From: Octopus bimaculoides
Taxonomy: Eukaryota
NCBI RefSeq assembly: GCF_001194135.2
Contig: NC_069001.1
Span: 31,449,255-31,481,525 of the forward strand
Length of the DNA stretch: 32,271 bases
Reading direction: 5' to 3'
A program made the translations under genes and the position numbers. This document shows positions 1 to 9,644 of this stretch, piece after piece (within the stretch, counting starts at the first letter, position 1; every line of letters begins with the position of its first letter). The notes under the pieces were generated by a model, which worked only from the letters and a program-made list of their open reading frames with translations, was not told the origin of the DNA and searched no databases.

Positions 1-63
1 TATATATATACATACATACATACACATATATATATATGTATATATATACACATATATATATAT

Positions 64-106
<43 letters not shown>

Positions 107-163
107 TATATATACACACACATATATATATATATATATACACATATATATATATACACACAC

Positions 164-198
<35 letters not shown>

Positions 199-345
199 AT
201 ATGCTGGCATAATAGAACCTATCGTCGGTAATGTGCGGTATAATCATTATCAAAGATGTGTTTTCTCCTCTCTTGTGAGATAGATAGACAAATAGATAGA
301 TAGATAGACAAATAGATATGTAGATAGATAGATAGACAGATTGTA
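1..345. repeat. (TA)n/(CA)n microsatellite followed by (GATA/GACA)n tract
   Basis: Mixed TA/CA dinucleotide run at 1-195; tagatagacaaatagatagatag... at about 283-340. Confidence 0.95.
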
Positions 346-371
346 TGTATCGACGTATAGTCACACAAACA

Positions 372-700
372 CACATGTTGAACATATTCAATGAATATAA
401 TGTGAAATTCAGTTTAAAGAAATACACAAAGGTAAACTTGAAGAAATAAAAATTAATTAGAAATAATAATACTATAACGTTAAATAATGAAATACAGTTA
501 AGGGAATTAGACCAGACACAGTCTTGCAAATAGCTAGGAAATAATAGGCTATACACGCATACAAACATGTAAATTGAATCAGATTTTCAAAAGGAAAAAT
601 ATAGATGTGTTATATTTAAACAAAACTAGTAGAGAAAAACAATGTGATAGACATCAACGCATAAGCTGTTCTAATGATATAATGATTTCAAGTGAAAGCT
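372..700 (+). mobile_element. Decayed R4/Dong-type non-LTR retrotransposon RT fragment (distal RT domains/thumb)
   Basis: Manual translation through stops and one frameshift: [24 protein letters not shown]...[16 protein letters not shown]...QKEKYRC, then TKLVEKNNVIDINA*AV. This matches the remembered R4-clade pattern (G)MxFGLxKCAKV...ELxxxxSYKYLG...KEYxRR...LNxxNKxxAINxxAVP. Confidence 0.7.
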
Positions 701-702
701 GA

Positions 703-1715
703 GTGACGCAGCTGTCACAAGAGCAACCGTCCTCCTCCCGGACGGAGGAGGTTCGTTGCTCTTGCAGAGTGTACAATGACTGCCGAGTGGGAGGCCAATG
801 CGAGGCCAGGGGAGTCATCTGCGAGACTGTGGTGATACCCAGGCCTAGCGACCATAGTAATAGCAGCAACGGATCATCCAACAACATTAACGGTACCGGA
901 AGCAGTGACAGCAGCAGAAACACCAGCACGGACGCCAAGGACCCGAACTCCAGCACTACAGCCGGAGAGGATGACCACACCGACAGTAACAACACCAGCG
1001 AGGCCATCGGCTCTGCCCTACGCCCAATATTACCAGCGACGGCACCCACATTACCATCGGTGACAGTAGCCAATCGAAGATGCGCCAGGCCTGGAAATAG
1101 ATCGGGTCAGTCGGGATGGCCTTCAAGCGACGCCTTTACAACCACAGGTCCTCTCTCAAGATTCCAGGAAGACAATTCGTCACATCCCTGAACAGCCACG
1201 TGTAGCGCCTCAAAGATGAAGGAACCCCCATATGATATCAAATGGAAGACCTTAGAGCGGCCGGGACCCTACATTAACGGGAGCGAACGCTGCAAGCTTT
1301 GCATAGCCGAGCGAGCAGGGATACCCAAGACTCCCAGAAACTTAGATCGCTGATCACTCGCCAGGAAATTTACAACTCTTGCATCTATTTCAAGTGTTAC
1401 TTGCTGCAAGTATGGGATTTCCCGTTCTGCGATTAAGACTGGAATGGTCATTACGATCCATAAGCAGCCCAAGGGATAAATCCCTTGTTTCACTTCTTTT
1501 GGCCCACAAAAACTGGTCTAAGGGAGATAGCCCGTCCTCACTGACCCCGGACTATTTATTCTTTGGTGACTAAGAGATTGTAACAGATTCCTGCCTCCCA
1601 GAGGTGAAGAGTTACATTTGTCTGCAGCTTTAGTGTCTGGTGAGGTGTCCACAGGGTTAAGCCCTTTGTGGATGCGAAACTATTGGTCACTCTGTGACCG
1701 GACATAGACTTAACT
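703..1715 (+). mobile_element. Penelope-like element 3' part: pseudogenised GIY-YIG endonuclease plus 3' UTR
   Basis: Frame 1 gives CSCRVYNDCRVGGQCEARGVICETV (Cys-rich linker plus GIY-like strand). Frame 3 from 1098 gives *IGSVGMAFKRRLYNHRSSLK...SLNSHV*RLKDEG. After a +1 shift in the C-run near 1225 it reads PYDIKWKTLERPGPYINGSERCKLCIAE, and after another shift RSLITRQEIYNSCIYFKCYLL, ending at TAA 1434-1436. Confidence 0.85.
1631..1700 (+). ncRNA. Degenerate hammerhead-ribozyme-like motif in the PLE 3' UTR
   Basis: CTGGTGA(G) at 1637-1644 (CUGAUGA with A6>G); stem II gtgtccaca/tgtggatgc capped by ggg-ttaag-ccc; GAAA at 1676-1679; C-tattg-GTC; stem I tagtgt/actctg with one mismatch. Confidence 0.65.
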
Positions 1716-1719
1716 ACAT

Positions 1720-1776
1720 TTCTTTTACTTTTTAGTTGTTTCAGACATTAGACTGCAGCCATGCTGGAGCACCGCA
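1720..1776 (-). mobile_element. SINE family A 3' tail fragment
   Basis: ttgtttcagacattagactgcagccatgctggagcaccgc matches the tails at 19620-19680 and 20020-20070. Confidence 0.7.
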
Positions 1777-1933
1777 TTACTGCTCTATCTTTAGAGTGCG
1801 CTTCTTTTTCGGATATATGATACATGGACAATATATAACACATATAATATATGTATGTATGTATACATACATAATTCAGGATAGTGATTTTGTCAGTAGG
1901 CTGCATATAATAAAAACCATATAGGTAAAATCA

Positions 1934-2016
1934 GTGTGGTAAGTAGCTTGCTTACGAACCACATGGTTCCAAGTTCTGTCCCACTGCGTGGCACCTTGGG
2001 CAAGTGTCTTCTACTA
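1934..2016 (+). mobile_element. tRNA-derived SINE family A, 5' part
   Basis: gtgtggtaagtagcttgcttac...gttctgtcccactgcgtggcaccttgggcaagtgtcttctact; near-identical to 11226-11310 and 28836-28925; A/B-box-like motifs. Confidence 0.85.
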
Positions 2017-2024
2017 AATGCGTG

Positions 2025-2067
<43 letters not shown>

Positions 2068-2857
2068 NNNNNNNNNNNNNNNNNNNNNNNNNNNNNNNNN
2101 NNNNNNNNNNNNNNNNNNNNNNNNNNNNNNNNNNNNNNNNNNNNNNNNNNNNNNNNNNNNNNNNNNNNNNNNNNNNNNNNNNNNNNNNNNNNNNNNNNNN
2201 NNNNNNNNNNNNNNNNNNNNNNNNNNNNNNNNNNNNNNNNNNNNNNNNNNNNNNNNNNNNNNNNNNNNNNNNNNNNNNNNNNNNNNNNNNNNNNNNNNNN
2301 NNNNNNNNNNNNNNNNNNNNNNNNNNNNNNNNNNNNNNNNNNNNNNNNNNNNNNNNNNNNNNNNNNNNNNNNNNNNNNNNNNNNNNNNNNNNNNNNNNNN
2401 NNNNNNNNNNNNNNNNNNNNNNNNNNNNNNNNNNNNNNNNNNNNNNNNNNNNNNNNNNNNNNNNNNNNNNNNNNNNNNNNNNNNNNNNNNNNNNNNNNNN
2501 NNNNNNNNNNNNNNNNNNNNNNNNNNNNNNNNNNNNNNNNNNNNNNNNNNNNNNNNNNNNNNNNNNNNNNNNNNNNNNNNNNNNNNNNNNNNNNNNNNNN
2601 NNNNNNNNNNNNNNNNNNNNNNNNNNNNNNNNNNNNNNNNNNNNNNNNNNNNNNNNNNNNNNNNNNNNNNNNNNNNNNNNNNNNNNNNNNNNNNNNNNNN
2701 NNNNNNNNNNNNNNNNNNNNNNNNNNNNNNNNNNNNNNNNNNNNNNNNNNNNNNNNNNNNNNNNNNNNNNNNNNNNNNNNNNNNNNNNNNNNNNNNNNNN
2801 NNNNNNNNNNNNNNNNNNNNNNNNNNNNNNNNNNNNNNNNNNNNNNNNNNNNNNNNN

Positions 2858-2908
<51 letters not shown>

Positions 2909-3738
2909 CACACACACACACATACACACGACTTCTCCCATACCACTGAAAGTTAGCCAAATTCATGAACGTCACTAATACACACACACACCTGTGTGTA
3001 TGAATATACACGAGCGAGATAGAAAAAGCAAACAAGGTTTATGTTTTTGTCTTGTAGAGGAATCCCTACGACACATTTCCCTCTACCTGCCAATGTCGTT
3101 CCTACAAATCTACATACAATTTCTATAGACATAGTAAATGGCTATCTCGTTAAACAGGAAATTAACTACACTAGCATTGTTCGGCCATCTCATTGCTGTT
3201 CTGTTCTGTTCTGTTTTGTTTTGTTTTTTTTTTCTCGACTAGAGAGGTCGTGGAATGGATTCCTCGGCAACTTATTGCCGCATCACGAACTCTTTCTCTC
3301 TCTCTCTCTCCACATACGCGCGTACGCATATGCACAGCCTCAACGCGCACACGAATACACACACGGATACATATATATAAATATACTTATATATAAAGGG
3401 CATTAACTGTGTGTTAATGCCTCACGCTTCGAGGGACTAAATAAGTCAAAAACTACCAAAAGAATAAGCAACATATTTACTGAAAGCGAGTGTATATATA
3501 TATACACACACACTCTCTCTCTCTCTCAACGATGCCACACTACTCGAATATACAGCTATATACATTATGCATGGACATAGTATATACATACATATATGAA
3601 TACACAAATGCACGCATATTTATTTGCTCGCATACACATAAACACATACAGATATATAAAATATGATACATACATACATACATACGTGTTAGCAGCAGCA
3701 TTAACATTGACCTAACATCCATACATACATTCATATAT

Positions 3739-4230
3739 AAACAGATAATATACCTGACATAGTAATCTAGGATAGAGTAGAAAAACTGTGTATGGTTGTG
3801 GAAATCAGCTGCCCAGCGGATGTTAACATAAAGCTAAAGATCAGCGAAAAAGAAAATACCTACACTGAACTATTGAGGAATCTACAGCTACTCTATCGAG
3901 ATTACAAGTTCAGGTTTATACCTGTAATTATTGGGGCCCTGGGATATGTAACACACTGCCTAAATACCAATCTTGAGGAATTAGGTTTCTCAAAACCAGA
4001 AAGGAGAAAGCTGATTCCAAGACTACAGATCCAGGCCATTCCTGGAACTGTAAAAATCAGTAAAACTTTCCAGCAATTTATCATTTATGTATATATGAGC
4101 ACGTCTAGATATGCAACTATATGCACGAGAATACAGGCATAAAATAAAACATACAAATCAATACAAAAATACACTGTTGATGTTGAAATTCTAAAGGTGC
4201 CTTGGATCTAGGTTAGAAACTGAATAATGA
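3739..4230 (+). mobile_element. 5'-truncated R4/Dong-type LINE: RLE domain plus 3' UTR (copy 1)
   Basis: PDIVI*DRVEKLCMVVEISCPADVNIKLKISEKENTYTELLRNLQLLYRDYKFRFIPVIIGALGYV is a PD-(D/E)..K RLE with the PVIIGALG motif; the 3' UTR runs into (ACAT)n at 4230. Confidence 0.85.
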
Positions 4231-4274
4231 CATACATACATCCATACATACATACATACATACATACATACATA
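4230..4274. repeat. (ACAT)n microsatellite between the two RLE copies
   Basis: acatacatacatccatacatacatacatacatacatacata. Confidence 0.95.
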
Positions 4275-4486
4275 GTGATATGGGATAGAGAAGAGAAACT
4301 GTACAGTTGTGGAAATTAGCTGCCCAGCGGATGTTAATATAAAGCTGAAGATTAGTGAAAAAGAGAACACCTATGCTGAACTATTGAGAAATCTGCAGTT
4401 ACTCTATCGAGATTACAAGTTCAAATTTATATCTGTAATTATTCGAGCCCTGGGTTATGTAACACACTGCCTAAATACCAATCTTG
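4270..4486 (+). mobile_element. R4/Dong-type LINE RLE fragment (copy 2, truncated at both ends)
   Basis: IVIWDREEKL...VEISCPADVNIKLKISEKENTYAELLRNLQLLYRDYKFKFISVIIRALGYVTHCLNTNL; diverged paralogue of 3757-3975. Confidence 0.85.
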
Positions 4487-5459
4487 CTAAGAAAATATCT
4501 GGATAATTTTCGGTGTTTAGCAATCAATATTCTTTTCTCTGTTGGATTCCAAGTCAATTTCCACCCCCACTCCCACCCCACCAAACTAATGTTGAATTTT
4601 GACCATTTTCAATTTTTAAAAAATCATTTCTAAAGCGGGGTAAAATGAGCCATCAATAATTTCAATAATTTCTTTTAACTGCGAGCTGCGTAGATATATG
4701 GGGAAGAGACCCACTCAAGAAGATGATGAAGAAGCTGTTGAGAATATTTTCATTTTTTTTTTTTTTAGTGGGGGGGGGTTAAGGTCTAGTTTCGTTAATT
4801 TCATATCATGTGCCATTTTTCTATGATCCTCTTTCATTTGACTTAGATATTTTCAATTTTTCTTGCATTTCTGATCTCTCTGATGTCTAAGGATGGCTAT
4901 TGTTGTGTTATTGGTGGATATTGAGTCTGTTTTCAAATGTGATTCTGGAGAATTGATGCGGCAAGTTTACCTTATCTAGGCGTTGATTTTCTGAAATAGT
5001 GTTACTGATTTTAATGCAGAGAAGGTCATTTGCTGAGCTGATATAGTTTTTGTAAGGTAGTGAACATTTGGGAAAAAAAACTTTTTTAAAAGTCAAAAAT
5101 AATAAACTGCGCCGCTCGTACGAAAAGTGCGTTCTCTTCGAAAAATATTGTTATATTTCATCATTGTTTTCTTTTATTGACAGTATGCGTGTTTTAGTTT
5201 CATTTTGGCTGTTATTTCCAGCGGTCTGAAAGCAAGACCTATAACTATGATAATGATAAAGATGTTCATTTTCTTTTATTATATTCCATGTAGGAAAAAA
5301 AGAAACAGAAAATATTATTTCCTCGTTTTCTTTCATTGAAATTTTTTTTTAACAAAAAAAAAGTCTGAAAACATTTTTTATTCATTCTTTTTAAAATTTT
5401 AGGTTCTGTAATGTTTTTACTTTTAAAAAATCGTCTGTCATTCAATTTTTACGATTCCC

Positions 5460-5795
5460 TTTTTGATTCACATATATGCGTATATACAAATGTGTGTATA
5501 TATACGTGTATAGATATATATATACATGTGTGTGTATGCATGCATGCACGTACGCACGCACACATATCTATATGTATGTATATTTACGTATTCATTTACA
5601 TGCGTATATATCTCTATATATATACACATACAAGCATATATATATAAACGCACAAATGCATATATGTATGTGTGTGTGTCTAGATAGAGAGATAGATAGA
5701 AAGATAGATATACACACACACAAGCATATATATAAACGAACATGTGCGTGTATGTGTGTATATGCAATATATATACACACAAATGCATATACATG
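5460..5795. repeat. Degenerate TA/CA/TG/GATA microsatellite field
   Basis: Low-complexity dinucleotide mosaic that produces the spurious YIYI/CVCV ORFs. Confidence 0.9.
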
Positions 5796-6069
5796 AGTGG
5801 TAGCATTAGATTATTACATAATATACTAATGCAGCAATTTCTAGAACTCTGATTGAGTTTTGAGTTATTAGTGAAGAGACAATGCTACAAATGCACTAGA
5901 GCCGGGTGTTTGCAGAGAATAGCAGACATTAAGAGACAAAGCAATACTTATTCCGAAAACCTATTAGCAATAGAATTGTATTACGATTCTATCAAACATT
6001 TCATATTCATGTTGTAACTAGAACAGTTTGTGTCGCTGTCTGGGAAAGTGCATATTTGTATCTGTGTGA

Positions 6070-6300
6070 TCTACATCATCACCATCGTCATTTAACGTCT
6101 TGTTTTCCATGCTGGCATAGGCCGGACGGCTTGACAGGAGCTGCCAAGGCTACGGCCAGCACCAGGTTCCATAGTCTGTTTTTTTTTGTTAGGTTTTTGC
6201 AGCTAGATGCCCTATTTAACGCCAACCATTTTACAGAGTGTACCAGGTGGTTTTTTACATGGCACCGGCACCAGTGCATTTTAGGTGGCACCATACGTAT
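6070..6300 (-). mobile_element. Family C repeat with (GAT)n tail
   Basis: catcatcaccatcgtcatttaacgtc..ttccatgctggcat...cagctagatgccct..taacgccaaccat is the reverse complement of 21060-21237. Confidence 0.8.
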
Positions 6301-6334
6301 ATTTTTCATCATGTTAAACCGTTAACCCCTACAC

Positions 6335-6514
6335 ATTTTTTTTTCTCTCTCCGTTTTTTCCCCTCTATTTTTTTCCTCTCAGTCCGTTTTGTCGAAGAGC
6401 GTAGGCTCGAAACGTCAAAATCTTTTCCATTCTTCCTGAGCGTCAAACTAATACACCTGCTTGTTGTTCCTTCACCTCTCTTCGTCTTTTGTTTTCTGTA
6501 AATTTGAACTAATA

Positions 6515-6515
<1 letters not shown>
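6335..6515 (+). mobile_element. Short repeat carrying a hammerhead-like motif (possible PLE pLTR derivative)
   Basis: ttgtcgaa-GAGC-gtag-GCTC-GAAACGTC-aaaa at 6389-6420 inside a pyrimidine-rich segment that ends in (TG)n(TA)n. Confidence 0.5.
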
Positions 6516-6548
<33 letters not shown>

Positions 6549-6549
6549 C

Positions 6550-6591
<42 letters not shown>

Positions 6592-6768
6592 TGTGTGTAT
6601 GGATGTATACAAGTGTGTCTATATTGAGTTTTATATTATTTTGGTTGGGTAATATGGATTTGAGTACAAAACTGGGGACTATTTCATCACATTGTTATAA
6701 CAGAGACAAAGTGACTGTTGTAATGTGTGAATAAAAGGACTTTGGCCTTTTGTCATAANNNNNNNNNN

Positions 6769-6803
<35 letters not shown>

Positions 6804-7724
6804 TGTGTGTATGGATGTATACAAGTGTGTCTATATTGAGTTTTATATTATTTTGGTTGGGTAATATGGATTTGAGTACAAAACTGGGGACTATTTCATC
6901 ACATTGTTATAACAGAGACAAAGTGACTGTTGTAATGTGTGAATAAAAGGACTTTGGCCTTTTGTCATAATCTTTCCTGTTTAAGTACCATAACACATTT
7001 CATTAAACAGCAAAAAAAACACACACACAAAAACAAAAAAAAACCTGCAAAATTTCTAGAAAAAATCTCACTCAATTGCACTTTCTTTGCTTGAAGTCCA
7101 TAGAATTCACTTTGCTAAAAGAAACATAAAGGATTAGAAAAGGCCACAAAGAGAAAATCCATTTGGGCATAGAAATGTCTTTAATGTTCCTTAAAAGAGG
7201 GATTCAACAGTGAAATGTTGCAAGACTTTGGCATTATTGTCATTATAATTTCATGTCTCTGTCGCATTTTTTCCACTTTATTACACAATCTTTGGGCATA
7301 AAAATCACATATATGGAAGTGTTGTAAGATTTAAGATAAAAAAGAAAAACACACACACACAGACAATAGAGGCTGTGGAAACTGAGATAACTGAAGACAT
7401 TAAGGACTCAAGAGAAGCTGAACTCTACAATGGTGTTTAGAATTTTAGTACAGAAGCCAGTAAGAGAGCCTCTATGTGGTCACTCAACCTATTAGAAATA
7501 GCAGCTTAATCTTACTCAAATCACACCATATTGTCTTAGAAATTTCGCTCTAATAAAGAACTGGTCTGCAACCAAGCAGCAAGGCTTGTTCAGTGGAACT
7601 TTTGGCATATATACTGTAATTGAAATGAAAGAGAAGAACAGTCATGACTAGAATACCGTTGATCATAGATCTACTCAACCAGGCCAACCTGGGGCTAAAC
7701 CACTACTACTAATGCTACTTAGAT

Positions 7725-7979
7725 TTGTGGTTTTCAACCAGGGACCAGATAACCCTTGGAAGTCCATAGAAGATTTTGTCATTAAGATTTATCTCCAATA
7801 GATTGCTTATGCTTTTACAATACACAAAATATTTCTTTTTATACAATTCCTGATAATATTTAACTATAAAAATACAGCAGGATTTTTTATATATCTACAT
7901 CAAAATGCCTATGGGGTTTCATTTGAGTAAAATAGGATTCAAAAGGGTTCATGAACAAAAAAATGGTTCAGACCTACTA
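7725..7979. mobile_element. hAT-type MITE (255 bp) with 8-bp TSD
   Basis: TSD acttagat at 7717-7724 and 7980-7987; degenerate TIRs ttgtggttttcaacc / ggttcagacctacta (10 of 15 match). Confidence 0.65.
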
Positions 7980-8053
7980 ACTTAGATTTAGGTGTAAAAA
8001 GCGTGATACAACAAGCAGGCAGGTTGATTGAATACTAATTGCTTGAAAACTGA

Positions 8054-8285
8054 TTAACCCTTTTGATGCCAATCTGCCTGAAACTGGCTCTGGTTCTGTA
8101 GTACAAATGTCTTGTCTTCAAAAGTTCTGAATTAAAATCTTCCACCAAACATTAGTCACAATTTATGTTCCTAACACTAGCTTAATGATAACTAAGTTAT
8201 TTTACTAAATTCTTTTTTTATATTTAAAATTAATTGAAAGGAAACACAGAGCATCTCAACAGAAATATGGTAACAAAAGGGTTAA
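8054..8285 (-). mobile_element. piggyBac-type MITE family 1, copy 1
   Basis: TTAA-cccttt...aaaggg-TTAA; homologous to 8309-8762. Confidence 0.85.
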
Positions 8286-8308
8286 AATATATAATAGAGA
8301 AACAATTC

Positions 8309-8762
8309 TTAATGCTTTTGATACCAACCTGCCTGGAACTGCCTCTAGTTCTGTAGTACAAATGTCTTGCTTTCAAAAGTTCTGAATTAACCCTTTCGTT
8401 ACTGTATTTATTTTGAGATGCTTTGTGTTTCTTTCAATTACTTTAAATATAACAAGGAATTTAGTAAAATAACTCAGTTATCATTAAGCTAGTGTTAGGA
8501 ACATAGATTGTGACTAAGGTTTGGTGAGAGATTTTAATTCAAAATACATGAAAACAAGACATTTGTGCTCAGAGCCAGAGTCGGTTTCAGCCAGGTTGAT
8601 AACGAAAGGGTTAAAATCTTCTACGAAACCTTAGTCACAATTTATGTTCCTAATACTAGCTTAATGATAACCAAGTTATTTTACTAAATTCTTTGTTACA
8701 TTTAAAATTAATTAAAAGAAACACAGAGCATCTCAACAGAAATATGGTAACAAAAAGGTTAA
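8309..8762 (-). mobile_element. piggyBac-type MITE family 1, copy 2 (host, split by copy 3)
   Basis: 8309-8390 plus 8615-8762 reconstitute a copy colinear with 8054-8285. Confidence 0.85.
8391..8610 (+). mobile_element. piggyBac-type MITE family 1, copy 3, nested in inverted orientation
   Basis: TTAA TSD at 8387-8390 and 8611-8614; TIR ccctttcgttac / ataacgaaaggg (11 of 12 match). Confidence 0.9.
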
Positions 8763-9360
8763 GTGAACATATACAGGTCTATAGGCCAAGTGGTTAGAGG
8801 GTGACACTTAGTTGGTAAAATAAAGGTACTAGGTTTGATCTCTTGACTGGTTTAGGAATATCATCTGAATATGTTAAGGAATTGTTGACTGTAACAGTGT
8901 GAAATGGTGTGGACAGTTGTGTCCCTTTTTGTTAATGGTCATTTAGCTGTTGATAAAAAAAGATGAAGAAAATTAGTACCAGAGTGAAATTTGTATTGAG
9001 CGATTTAAAAAAAGAAAAATTCAAACAATGCTCCAGCTTGGTCTCAGTCCAATGACTAAAGCTACTAAAAAAAGAATAAAGACATGATTAAGAAGTAGAT
9101 GAACAAAGATAGTAGATTTAGAAAGAAAATGAAATAATGGTAGAAACAAACTTTTTCAGTTCATTACACTCAGTTTGTCACATTTCAAAGAATTCTGAGA
9201 GAATGTTGTTGTTGATGGGGGTTATGATCTTTTGATCCAAGTAATGCCTGGTTGATTATCGTGGTGATCAAACGTGTTCTGTCCATTATCATTTGTTCTT
9301 TTTTGTTGTTGTTTTTTCACATATCTGTGTATGTGCAGGCATGGCTGTATATAGGTACAG

Positions 9361-9445
9361 GCATGGCTGTGTGGTAAGAAGTTTGTTTCCTAACTGCAAT
9401 GGTTCCGGGTTCAGTCCCACTTTGTGTCAGCTTGGACAAGTGTCA
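9361..9445 (+). mobile_element. SINE family A head, degenerate
   Basis: gcatggctgtgtggtaag...gggttcagtcccact...ttggacaagtgtc. Confidence 0.75.
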
Positions 9446-9644
9446 CCATCACCACTCCATCTAATCTATGGCTATAATCAATCAATGTATATACTTTTTT
9501 AAAAGTGTGATGTGAAGGGGGATTTGCTTGCTGTTTCCAGCATGTAAAACGACCTCTTAAAAGGCTTCCACATTGACTTGTGATGTATTCTTTTATTCTT
9601 TTATTCTTTTACTTGTTTCAGTCATTTGACTGAGGCCATGTTTT

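Noticed and set aside
654-1073. 139-aa Leu/Val-rich minus-strand ORF that looks membrane-like
   Set aside because: It is the antisense shadow of the AGC/AAC-rich PLE insert
1893-3035. Long ORFs spanning N-gaps (also near 9.7, 13.0, 20.1, 22.2, 27.0 and 29.0 kb)
   Set aside because: They are runs of X plus YI/CV/HT dipeptides from gaps and microsatellites, not proteins
3399-3421. Perfect 9-bp hairpin ggcattaac-tgtgt-gttaatgcc
   Set aside because: Isolated, with no associated element end or RNA motif; plausible by chance in 32 kb
4490-5400. AT-rich segment with transposon-subterminal-like motifs and short ORFs
   Set aside because: No TIR/TSD pair or recognisable protein was found; probably an unclassified repeat
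6589-6970. Exact 170-bp direct duplication (6589-6758 = 6801-6970)
   Set aside because: The identical copies flank a 10-N gap next to (AG)n, indicating an unmerged contig overlap
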